From Candidatus Poribacteria bacterium (GTDB lineage Bacteria > Poribacteria > WGA-4E > WGA-3G), in the NCBI GenBank assembly GCA_963666175.2, contig CAXXTN010000007.1, positions 15,041 through 79,040 on the forward strand: 64,000 nt of DNA. Reading direction: 5' to 3'. The position numbers were made by a program, and so were the translations under genes. The notes beneath the pieces are model-generated. The model had not been told where the DNA came from. It did no database searches and saw nothing but the letters and a program-made list of their open reading frames with translations. Shown piece after piece: positions 27,883 to 37,135 of the stretch; position 1 is the stretch's first letter; each line of letters starts with the position of its first letter.

Positions 27883-29739
27883 GTGGAGGACAAGACGATC
27901 GCTATCAAAGACCCTACCTACAAATTCCGAACAGAAGCTGGATTACTAATAAATTCCGGCACATCGCGTAGCATCGTACTTCACGGAAATATACACGACA
28001 TTTTTTATGTTTCCGATGAAGATACCGAGGATTATATCCCACTCGTGTCATTTCTGACACATAGCTGGGATATTTCTGGTTATATCTTAATAGTCTACGA
28101 ACTCAATGGACCTCTCCGTTTTTTACATACAAGCGATCGTGAAAGGGTTAAGAACGCTTTCAATTCTTGGAGAGGAACTGCTGAGCCTTCCAAATCCAAA
28201 ACTCCCAGCCATTTCGCAGAACTAGGTAGTATAGAAGAGGCAGGAAGCAAGGCAGATAAAACTGAGGACACATTTGAACAATATCTTAACGAAGCCATCG
28301 GTAGTCCCACATTGGCTCTTGAACTTCTCCGACAGTTCTGTTTGATTTCTCGTTTTACGAATGTCAATGGTGATCGTTTATTGGATGAAAAACTACTCAT
28401 CCTTATAGAAGCAACTGATATGTTATTGCCAGAAGGTGAGATACGAACTTTAAGTTTGGCTGACAGACATAGGGTTAGTATCATTCAAGATTGGGTTTCT
28501 GATTCTGAGTTCATGAAAGGAACAGATACCGTTGTCTTTATCTCTGAATCTAAGAGTCTAATTAACTCCAGAATCACACGCCTTCCACAAGTAGTTGATG
28601 TAGAAATCCAATCTCCAGATGTGGAAGCACGGAAACACTTTATTTCATGGTTTAATAGAACGCAAAAAGAAAAGAAAAAAGAACTTAATCTATGGGGGAG
28701 TCAATCTCAACTTGCAGTCCTAACTGCGGGATTATCATTACAAGCATTACGGCAGATGCTTGTATCTGCTTGTTATTCTGGTGAGAAACTTCAACCTGAT
28801 ATTGTAATTGAGAAAGTATCAGAATTCATACAAGCAGAATTAGGTGAAGATGTCGTTGAGTTTAAAAAACCTGGACATACACTTACAGATATAGTTGGTA
28901 ATAACAAACTGATTGAGTTTTTGAGATCACAGATTATACCGCGCATCACTTCTACTGGAAAGGATTCAATATCTGGACTAAGTGTCTGTGGACCTATTGG
29001 CAGCGGAAAGACATTCATCTTTGAGGGACTTGCGGGGGAATTGGACATACCTGTTTTAGTTCTGAAGAACATCCGTAGTATGTGGTTTGGTCAAACAGAT
29101 GTCATTTTTGAAAGACTCAGACGGCTACTGATGGCACTTGTAAATGTGCTTATTTTTGTTGATGAAGCAGATACACAATTCGGCGATGTTGGCAAGGATG
29201 CACATGCAACGGAACGGAGACTTACTGGTAAGATTCAAGCGATGATGTCCGATCCGCAACTACGTGGGAATATCACATGGCTATTGATGACTGCGCGTAT
29301 CTATAATCTCTCGCCAGACCTACGTCGAGAGGGTAGGGTTGGTGATATTGTTATTCCAGTTCTTGATCCTTCGGGAGAAGATCGGAAAACTTTCCTTCAA
29401 TGGACATTGAGCAATGTCTACACTGAAACAATATCGGACGAGGCATTTGAACTCTTGTTATCGCACACTGAAGGGTATTCTGCTGCGAGTTTTGCATCAC
29501 TTCGTGCAGACCTTGAGGCTGCAAAAAATCGTCAAGGTGAGTTAACTGTTGACGAGATCATTGATGTCATATCAGATAGAATTCTACCCAATATCGGTCC
29601 AATTCGACGTTATCAAACATTGCAAGCGTTTCTGAATTGCACACGCAAATCTCTACTTCCAGTGGATTATTCACCAGAAACAAGGGAATCATGGTTAGAA
29701 CAGATTGCACAATTGGAAGTGATGGGGATTAGAGGGTAA
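27883..29739 (+). CDS. Tandem AAA+ ATPase: degenerate N-terminal AAA-like domain plus active classical-AAA C-terminal domain
   Basis: GTG start. D2 has Walker A GPIGSGKT (28990-29013) and Walker B LIFVDEAD (29149-29172). Its SRH-like segment is LLMTARIYNLSPDLRREGRVGDIVIPVLDPSGEDRKTF (compare ATNRP..LDPALLRPGRFD..I...LPD...R). D1 shows the same layout with both motifs destroyed (SIVLHGNIHDIF; LILIEATDML). Confidence 0.85.
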   Translation: MEDKTIAIKDPTYKFRTEAGLLINSGTSRSIVLHGNIHDIFYVSDEDTEDYIPLVSFLTHSWDISGYILIVYELNGPLRFLHTSDRERVKNAFNSWRGTAEPSKSKTPSHFAELGSIEEAGSKADKTEDTFEQYLNEAIGSPTLALELLRQFCLISRFTNVNGDRLLDEKLLILIEATDMLLPEGEIRTLSLADRHRVSIIQDWVSDSEFMKGTDTVVFISESKSLINSRITRLPQVVDVEIQSPDVEARKHFISWFNRTQKEKKKELNLWGSQSQLAVLTAGLSLQALRQMLVSACYSGEKLQPDIVIEKVSEFIQAELGEDVVEFKKPGHTLTDIVGNNKLIEFLRSQIIPRITSTGKDSISGLSVCGPIGSGKTFIFEGLAGELDIPVLVLKNIRSMWFGQTDVIFERLRRLLMALVNVLIFVDEADTQFGDVGKDAHATERRLTGKIQAMMSDPQLRGNITWLLMTARIYNLSPDLRREGRVGDIVIPVLDPSGEDRKTFLQWTLSNVYTETISDEAFELLLSHTEGYSAASFASLRADLEAAKNRQGELTVDEIIDVISDRILPNIGPIRRYQTLQAFLNCTRKSLLPVDYSPETRESWLEQIAQLEVMGIRG

Positions 29740-29775
29740 AATAAATTCAATCAAATTCACATTATACCTCCACCA

Positions 29776-32736
29776 TTAATCTATAGCATTAGCAATTAAC
29801 ACAAGGTCTTGTATATTGACAACACCATCTCCGTTCACATCGGCACGATTCAATGTTCCTGTTTTACCAAAACTGGTAGCAACTTTTACCAAATCCAATA
29901 TGTCTACTACACCATCGTCATTTATATCAACTTGGATTATACTATCTTTCTCAATTTTGTGCCATTCTTGTACCACGTTTCCTAATACATCAACGACTTG
30001 GAGTCCAACAGATGTCTGAGGTGTAGCATACGAATCGGATACAATGAATTCAATCGTTTCGGTTTCACTGTCCAATCTTTTACATCCTATCACCTTTGTT
30101 CCTTTTATAGGGTCCTCAAATGCTGAAGGTGTAAGTAGCTGTGCTTGATGTAACCCATCAGAGTCCGACACCTCAAAACGGAAACGGACTGTATTGCGTG
30201 AAGTGTAATGTGGTAATAAACGGAGGATATTTGTTGTCACATCATCATCGTTTTGAGTTGCGTTGAATGCCGGATGTACACTCAAAAAATCAGCAGAACA
30301 TGTAGTGAGTTTTTCAATATAACCACTACTCGCAGACATTAGATTCGGTTCCCGAAAATCGTGATATAAGCCAAGAGCGTGTCCAAGTTCGTGAGCAACA
30401 ATGCGAAAACTGAAACAGTCATCTACGGCAGGAAACATCGCAACTCCTCCGCCAGATGGATGGACACCACCCAACCCGCACACATTGATGCCAAAAATGT
30501 TCCCACTCATCTCCAGAAAAACAACAAGAATGTTTTTTGATATGTCAAATCTTGGACTGATTTCCTCAGTAATTTTTATAAATGCTTGGTCTCTATAGTA
30601 TGCTTCTTCGTATCTTCCTACAATATGATGCACAACTAAGTTGTCATCTGCATCAGTTTCATAAGTAAATGTGTTTATACCAAAACCGTGATCTTTCATC
30701 TCTTGAGCATAGAATGATTTGACATTCACCATGACTCTATCTACCTGCGTATTTATTCTTTGTTGAAGTAGACGGTCCTTTGGACGAAAGTAAATAATCC
30801 GTACATTCGTATTGTTTTTTCTTTTTTGTTGAAGTTGTGAAATCCCTTCCAGCAATTCTTGATTTTGTTCGCGCAATCTCCCGAAATCCCATAGGATGAC
30901 TGTACCATCTTGGCTTGCGCTCGTAAGTGTTGTGCCATCTGGAGAAAACGCAACGGAACGCACTGTGTGGGTATGTCCCGTTAGCGTATCAACGGAATAT
31001 CCAGTCTTAGTATCCCACAATCGCACAGTTCCGTCCTCCGCACCGCTTGCAATAGTACTGCCATCTGGTGAAAACGCAACTGATCGCACACTGTAAGTAT
31101 GTCCTACTAACGCAGCTTTAGTCTCTGTAGTCTTCGCATCCCATAATCGTACAGTACTGTCTCGACTTCCACTGGCAATAGTATTGCCATCTGGGGAAAT
31201 GGCAACACTAAAAACCCTATCGGAGTGGCCTCTAAACGTTGCTTTAAGTTGCTTCGTTTCTACATCCCACAAACGTACTGTGTTATCTCTACTACCAGTT
31301 GCGATTGTATTTCCATCATCAGAATATGCAACACTTAGAATTCTCCAAGTATGTCCCGGTAACGCAGCAATAAGTTGCCATGTTTTAGCATCCCATATAC
31401 GTAGCATTTTATCTTCTCCGCCACTTGCAAATGTGTTTCCATCTGGTGAGAACGCAACACTATAAACAGCAAAACTATCTCCCATTAGTGTAGATTTGAG
31501 ATATTGACTTTCCGTATCCCACAACAGAATTTCGTTGTCACGATAGCCACCACTACTGACAATTGTTTTTGCGTCAGGTGAAAACGCCATTGATACAACG
31601 CGAAATGGATGTGCGGTAAAGGAAGATAAAAGTCGACCTGTTTCCACATGCCACAATTGTATTTTGCCATCTTCACTTCCATTTGCAAGAAGAGCACCAT
31701 CTTTTGAATAGGCAATAGAGATTTTGCTGTTGGTATAGTCCATTAAAGTTACGGAGGGTTCCCATGTGTTGACATCCCACACTATGACCGTCCCATCTTC
31801 ACTTCCACTGGCAAAGATTGTGCCATCAAGAGAAAATGATACCGAGGTCACACCTTTTGTATGTTCAATGAGCGTAGTGACAAGATAACCCGTTTCTGCA
31901 TCCCACAAACGTACTGTATTGTCACTACTGCCACTTAATATCCATCTACTATCAGGAGAATATGTGATTGATGTTACTGCATCTGTATGTCCTTTTAGTG
32001 TGTTGATTAATTCTCCTGTATCAGCATTCCATATACGTACCGTATTATCACTACTACCACTTGCAAACCATCTGCCATTCGGAGAAAATGCTACAGAATG
32101 TACCCATCCGGTATGATCTGTAAGCGTAAAGAGAAGCTGTCCAATATGAGCATCCCAGACTCGTACCGAACTGTCTTCACTACCACTGATAAGTCTTCCA
32201 CCATCAGGTGAGTAGGCAATGGAAGTCACCCAGCGCGTGTGTCCAGAAAGAGTTCCAATGAGTTGGTTTGTACGAACATCCCATAGGCGTATTGTATTAT
32301 CCCAACTTCCACTTGCAATTGTACTCTCAACAGGTGAATAATCCACTGTACTCACTCTGTCGGTGTGTGCAGAGAGGATTGCAATCCGTTCACCTGTTGC
32401 AGCATTCCACAAACGGACGGTGCCATCTTCATTTGCGCTTGCCAGAACGCTACCGTCTTGTGAAAACGCGGCACTTGATGTAGAACCCGCATATCCTTTG
32501 AGTAAAGGTAGTTCATCACCGGTGTCTATATTGTAGCTCCATATCCCGGCAGAAGTAGCGATGATAAGCCGTGTCATGTCTGGAGTAAAAGTGATTCCAT
32601 TTATTCTACCTTTCCCTAAGCGCACTTTCGCATTTTCAGGAAGATACGAATATGGACCGTTCTGTGCAAAACTCAAATGTGAAATAGTTATTGAAATGAG
32701 ACATAGGCTTGATACGAGAATAAGAGATTTTCTCAT
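29776..32736 (-). CDS. Secreted multi-WD40 protein fused to a metzincin-type zinc metallopeptidase domain and a C-terminal dockerin pair
   Basis: 986 aa with a signal peptide. It has about 13 WD40 units. HELGHALGLYHD fits the HExxHxxGxxH consensus and is encoded around 30361-30396. The C-terminus is DINDDGVVDILDLVKV / DVNGDGVVNIQDLVLIA. No T9SS-type CTD is present. Confidence 0.85.
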   Translation of the reverse strand: MRKSLILVSSLCLISITISHLSFAQNGPYSYLPENAKVRLGKGRINGITFTPDMTRLIIATSAGIWSYNIDTGDELPLLKGYAGSTSSAAFSQDGSVLASANEDGTVRLWNAATGERIAILSAHTDRVSTVDYSPVESTIASGSWDNTIRLWDVRTNQLIGTLSGHTRWVTSIAYSPDGGRLISGSEDSSVRVWDAHIGQLLFTLTDHTGWVHSVAFSPNGRWFASGSSDNTVRIWNADTGELINTLKGHTDAVTSITYSPDSRWILSGSSDNTVRLWDAETGYLVTTLIEHTKGVTSVSFSLDGTIFASGSEDGTVIVWDVNTWEPSVTLMDYTNSKISIAYSKDGALLANGSEDGKIQLWHVETGRLLSSFTAHPFRVVSMAFSPDAKTIVSSGGYRDNEILLWDTESQYLKSTLMGDSFAVYSVAFSPDGNTFASGGEDKMLRIWDAKTWQLIAALPGHTWRILSVAYSDDGNTIATGSRDNTVRLWDVETKQLKATFRGHSDRVFSVAISPDGNTIASGSRDSTVRLWDAKTTETKAALVGHTYSVRSVAFSPDGSTIASGAEDGTVRLWDTKTGYSVDTLTGHTHTVRSVAFSPDGTTLTSASQDGTVILWDFGRLREQNQELLEGISQLQQKRKNNTNVRIIYFRPKDRLLQQRINTQVDRVMVNVKSFYAQEMKDHGFGINTFTYETDADDNLVVHHIVGRYEEAYYRDQAFIKITEEISPRFDISKNILVVFLEMSGNIFGINVCGLGGVHPSGGGVAMFPAVDDCFSFRIVAHELGHALGLYHDFREPNLMSASSGYIEKLTTCSADFLSVHPAFNATQNDDDVTTNILRLLPHYTSRNTVRFRFEVSDSDGLHQAQLLTPSAFEDPIKGTKVIGCKRLDSETETIEFIVSDSYATPQTSVGLQVVDVLGNVVQEWHKIEKDSIIQVDINDDGVVDILDLVKVATSFGKTGTLNRADVNGDGVVNIQDLVLIANAID

Positions 32737-32882
32737 GTGTTTTCCTTGAAGGGTAAACCAAACTACTTGTACCTGAGTGGATTAGGACAAGTTACAGACG
32801 ATATTGGAAAGAATACATAGAAAGAAAACATACGGGGCAAATTCCCGTCTGTTCAATTGAATAAATTATAATCTGAATACAC

Positions 32883-34982
32883 TTACTTCAGGATTAGCAT
32901 TTTCCGGGTTGCAGAAAATTTTCCTGCTGTGATTCTATAGAAATAGATTCCACTAGCAACAGACTCACCTATATCATTTGTGCCATCCCAATACGCAGCT
33001 TGACTACGAGTTTGATATAAGCCAGCAGATTGATGACCAAGGTCAAATTGACGCACAATACTACCATGTGCATCATAAATGCTGATTTGCACCTCACTCG
33101 GTTTTGCTAAACGATAAGGTATCCATGTCTCAGGATTAAATGGGTTTGGGTAATTTGGTAGTAATGCTGATGATTGCGGAATTAAGGTTGCTAAGAGTTG
33201 TTCAAGTACCTGAATCCCTCGGTCATACGTTCGCTTGGGTTGATGTACAGACCTATCAATCGGCAAAGGTGACAATTGCTTTGAAACCTTTAACGACTGT
33301 TTCATCTGCACAGTATTAAGCTCCTGCTTAGCAAGCTGCAGCCACTGCTGTACTTGTGATGCGTGTAGTCCTTTAGCTGATGGGGCAGCAAGATTGCCAT
33401 TCCCAAAGCCGTTCGCTACTATGACCAGATCTTGAAAATTCACCAATCCATCACCATTGAGGTCGGCTTCCAGGGCACTTGAATCTCCGAATTTAGATGC
33501 GACCAATACTAAATCTAATATGTTGATAACATTGTCGTCGTTCAAGTCGCCAATCAGTGGCAGCCGATAGCCGGGAGTGCCAAGACTCATTTCTTCTGAC
33601 ACACCATCATCATATCCGAGACCATCTTTGTAGCCACTTTCATCCCATGCTTCTGCTTGATATCCGATAATATCAGGTTTTGACCGATACCATGCGACAT
33701 CAGTAGTTAGTAGAGGTGCAGTTACGGGTTTCACAGGACGATTCGGAAAATAATTACCAACGGTATCTTCATACCCACCATCAGCACTTTGCAGGAATAA
33801 CGCAAAATCAGTTGGTGGTAATCTGAAGGTTTCATCAATGACATAACTAACAGAACCGTCTCCAGGATCTGCTAATAAACTATCAGATGAATTCGGATCT
33901 GTATTTACAATCAACATCACCTCACCAGCAGGAATCGTTTCTCCTGTGGGAAATGTAATTGTAGTCATTCCTGAACCCGCGTGAATTGTCATCTGCCAAC
34001 CAGATAGGTCAATATCTTTATCACTAATATTTCGGAGCTCCAACCAATCATGTACATCGTTTGCCCCGTTATACAATTCGTTAAAGATAATTCTATCCAT
34101 AGAAAGCAGCGGCACCAGTTGATCAATTTCAACACTACTGACAGATGGCACCGCATCAACTTCTCCGAAACCTACTCCATGCACAATAAGAAGACAGTCA
34201 TTATTTGAGAGGGTATAACCTGGAGGACAACTTGTATCAGTTGAATTGGTAACATTAATAGTAACACTGATTGAATCCTCACTATTTGTCTGTTCTCCAG
34301 CGAACACATTAACAGTTACCGAATAGGAATTCTTAACTTCATAATCAAGCGCGGCTTCTGTTTTCAACTGCCCTGTACTTCCATCAATCTTAAATGAACT
34401 CGCATCTGTGCCACTAAGTGTGTACTTATCAAGATTGCTATTAAAGTTACTTGCGGCAACAGGATTACCGATGTTTGTATTAGCAGCCGTATTTTCGGCT
34501 ATAGAGCGGGTTGTACTATCTCCATCTGAAAACTGCAAGGATACATCAGTGACATTGATGGTGACAGAGATTGTATCTGTATCGGTGTAATTAGTAACTA
34601 TCGGACCAGTAATTGAATCTGAAAGAGGACTAAGACGGCCTTTTTGTGCCGCAACCGTTAATGAATAAGAAGACTTAGTTTCATAATCAAGTACAGTATT
34701 CGTTTTCAATTGTCCTGTACTACTATTAATAGTAAAGGAACTTGCATCGGTTCCCCTAATGACATATCGTCCTAATGAGGTACTAAAATTATGTGCTGAT
34801 ACAGCACTACCAACATTCGTATTTGTTGAAACATTTTCTGCAACGGATCGGGTAGTACTATCATCATGATAATGACCGGAGTCACCGCTATGTGCAAAAC
34901 AAGTACCCACAATACTCCAACACAGAAAAATGCCTACAAATACTTTTGCATAGACTCTTCTTTTTACAATCGTATGCTTCAT
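32883..34982 (-). CDS. Secreted cadherin-repeat / lamin-tail-domain protein with dockerin pair and T9SS-type CTD
   Basis: Two cadherin-like units (F.I...TGQLKT...LDYE.K.SYS+TV). An LTD-like segment follows (IIFNELYNG..DVHDWLELRNISDKDIDLSGWQM). Then come DLNDDNVINILDLVLV / DLNGDGLVNFQDLVIV and NYPNPFNPETWIPYRL...FSATRKMLILK. Confidence 0.8.
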   Translation of the reverse strand: MKHTIVKRRVYAKVFVGIFLCWSIVGTCFAHSGDSGHYHDDSTTRSVAENVSTNTNVGSAVSAHNFSTSLGRYVIRGTDASSFTINSSTGQLKTNTVLDYETKSSYSLTVAAQKGRLSPLSDSITGPIVTNYTDTDTISVTINVTDVSLQFSDGDSTTRSIAENTAANTNIGNPVAASNFNSNLDKYTLSGTDASSFKIDGSTGQLKTEAALDYEVKNSYSVTVNVFAGEQTNSEDSISVTINVTNSTDTSCPPGYTLSNNDCLLIVHGVGFGEVDAVPSVSSVEIDQLVPLLSMDRIIFNELYNGANDVHDWLELRNISDKDIDLSGWQMTIHAGSGMTTITFPTGETIPAGEVMLIVNTDPNSSDSLLADPGDGSVSYVIDETFRLPPTDFALFLQSADGGYEDTVGNYFPNRPVKPVTAPLLTTDVAWYRSKPDIIGYQAEAWDESGYKDGLGYDDGVSEEMSLGTPGYRLPLIGDLNDDNVINILDLVLVASKFGDSSALEADLNGDGLVNFQDLVIVANGFGNGNLAAPSAKGLHASQVQQWLQLAKQELNTVQMKQSLKVSKQLSPLPIDRSVHQPKRTYDRGIQVLEQLLATLIPQSSALLPNYPNPFNPETWIPYRLAKPSEVQISIYDAHGSIVRQFDLGHQSAGLYQTRSQAAYWDGTNDIGESVASGIYFYRITAGKFSATRKMLILK

Positions 34983-35224
34983 AAAAGATTCTCCCCGATA
35001 AAATAATAGCCCAAGGCTTTATTTATATCTAATTGTTACAAAACGATTAGTTTTATTAATATTGAATGAGGATACAATATCTTATAAGGTATCAATAATT
35101 CATTCAAACTTTGTGTTTAATCAGCAAATTAAATCATGATTTTACCTGATTGTCAAATAAAGTTGGGTTTGAATCGGAAGAAACGCACATTATTATCAAA
35201 AACATTCAAATTCTTGAACTGATA

Positions 35225-36376
35225 TTATATCAGTAAGCTAACCACATCACCACTTGCAGCGGAACGGTAGCCAGCACAAATAATCTCAATGGAGTGCGCA
35301 GCAAATTCAGCATTCATTTCACTTTCAACACCATTTTCAATACAGTCAACAAACGCACTGAACTCTCGTTGTCCGTCATTTTCACTGACCACATCTATCC
35401 AATGTTGTTTTGGTCGCATTCCAATTTCTGATTGTGTGCTGCTCCACATTCCCATCGGATCAAGTGGGTGTGGAGTTGGTGGTTCAAATGCAGGTTCTGC
35501 AGCAAACACCTCCAATCTATTTGATGAAGCATCAAATGTCAATGTAGAATCACTTCCAACAAGATGTACCTTCCTAATCCCACCTTGTGGATGACTCTGC
35601 CACCCATATCGTCCTGCAGCAATCGTACCAGTAATCCCACCTTCTAATGATAATACCATAGCACCGAAATCTTCAACATCACAACCATCATGTTCTTTGA
35701 AAAAATAATTTCCAGTACCACAGAATACTTGCTCCACTCGTTTACCTGTCAACCAGTTCACCATTGACACAGCATAAACACCGATATCAAACATCTCTGG
35801 TTTTGCTTCCACGAAGCTATACCTTTCTAAACTCGGGTATTGTGTTCGTTTTTGTCCAACAGGTGCACTTCCCGGATGTCCTTTTGCAAACATAACATCA
35901 CAATGAATTGCTTGAAGTTCCCCAATGTGTCCACTATCCAGTGCTTGTTTCACCGTCCGTGCCCACGAACTATGTATGTTGCTGAACATCTGTGTCTTTA
36001 CACCACTATTTGTAACAGCATCAACGATTTGTTGTACATCTTTTGCATTCAGTGCCATCGGTTTATCAAGATAGATATGCTTTCCTGCTTCTGCACATTT
36101 CGTCCCAACACGACCACGCCGTTCAACTTCAGTGCATAAACTAACAATATGCACATCTTCACGCGCTAAAGCTTCATCAAGATTAGGAATGAATGGTAAC
36201 TGTCGTTCTTTTGCAAGTGATTGGGCTAATTCAATCCGTTCCACAGGTGCATCCTGTTCATCTGCAATTGCTATGAGTTGACATCGGGAATCATTGGCAA
36301 ATAATACCGAATAATTTTCCTGGTGTGTCCGATGTCCACCGAGTAATAGGACTCCGTATTTTCCATTTGTTGCCAT
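35225..36376 (-). CDS. Gfo/Idh/MocA family oxidoreductase
   Basis: Contains a Rossmann-like N-terminus, the motif GKHIYLDKPM and a C-terminal alpha/beta dimerisation-type region. Confidence 0.8.
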   Translation of the reverse strand: MATNGKYGVLLLGGHRTHQENYSVLFANDSRCQLIAIADEQDAPVERIELAQSLAKERQLPFIPNLDEALAREDVHIVSLCTEVERRGRVGTKCAEAGKHIYLDKPMALNAKDVQQIVDAVTNSGVKTQMFSNIHSSWARTVKQALDSGHIGELQAIHCDVMFAKGHPGSAPVGQKRTQYPSLERYSFVEAKPEMFDIGVYAVSMVNWLTGKRVEQVFCGTGNYFFKEHDGCDVEDFGAMVLSLEGGITGTIAAGRYGWQSHPQGGIRKVHLVGSDSTLTFDASSNRLEVFAAEPAFEPPTPHPLDPMGMWSSTQSEIGMRPKQHWIDVVSENDGQREFSAFVDCIENGVESEMNAEFAAHSIEIICAGYRSAASGDVVSLLI

Positions 36377-36378
36377 GC

Positions 36379-36822
36379 TTATCCCTCCACCCTAATAGGT
36401 TGATCGCTTGCAAGTGCCTGTGTGATAGTTTCTGTTAGTGCCTCTATCCTTCCAAGTTGTGGTGGTGTCCCACTGAGATAATGTCTCCCAATCGGTGTTT
36501 CATGATAGATCACACCTTTGTTTCCTACTAACATGATGTCAATCGCTGTTTCGGTTTCAACGCGATTGACACTCAATATTGACATCTGTCCATCAACATA
36601 TTTCACCATTACTGTCACTTGTGTTGCGTTTGCATCTTCCTGTGCATAAACAGTCTGTGGATTTGATTGTATCCATCCATTTGACAGTGCTGCAATTTCT
36701 GCTGCTGGTTGAAGTAGAGTGGTATTCTCACTTGCAACATTGAAGACACATCTCAAAAACACAGGACTCCCAATCCGATCCTTTTCAATAACTGATTCAA
36801 CCGACTTTTTTAGTAATTCCAT
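36379..36822 (-). CDS. Small hypothetical protein coupled to the downstream Gfo/Idh/MocA gene
   Basis: I place the start at MELLKKSV, preceded by GGAAGGAGAAAAT. The stop lies 2 nt before the next start. The longer track ORF (to 36972) reads into a MITE and is not credible. Confidence 0.6.
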   Translation of the reverse strand: MELLKKSVESVIEKDRIGSPVFLRCVFNVASENTTLLQPAAEIAALSNGWIQSNPQTVYAQEDANATQVTVMVKYVDGQMSILSVNRVETETAIDIMLVGNKGVIYHETPIGRHYLSGTPPQLGRIEALTETITQALASDQPIRVEG

Positions 36823-36848
36823 ATTTTCTCCTTCCGATTCTGTAACAT

Positions 36849-37021
36849 GGGTGTGTAAAGTTATTGGCAAAATATGCCAGTCACCATTGTAGGAGCAGGT
36901 CTCTGTGCCCGCCCGTTGCCTGACAGGACAAGGAATGGCGGGGCACAGAGACCCCGCACTACAATTGGTCACAGGTCCTTCACTTGAATTGACGCCTACG
37001 GTGACAAAACTTTACACACCC
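36849..37021. mobile_element. 173-bp MITE bounded by GGGTGTGTAAAGTT... / ...AAACTTTACACACCC inverted repeats
   Basis: The terminal inverted repeats are seen directly. The interior is a long GTAGG-headed hairpin (ccattgtaggagcaggtctctgtgcccgcc ... ggcggggcacagagaccccgcactacaattgg). The same termini occur at 20961, 21961, 22233, 63443 and 63907. Confidence 0.7.
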
Positions 37022-37135
37022 AGTACCGTATTATAATTGACTGTTCTAACTTTTCATGCTATATTTACATGATGTTTGGTAGTAATCCACACCAAACTGA
37101 CTTCACTCATCATACACAATTTTCGGAGGACAATT

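Noticed and set aside
36823-36972. Cys/Pro-rich N-terminal extension of the 36379..36972 ORF, which could pass for a metal-binding or lipoprotein-like leader.
   Set aside because: It lies entirely within a TIR-bounded MITE whose sequence recurs elsewhere. A well-placed RBS and ATG occur just downstream at 36822.
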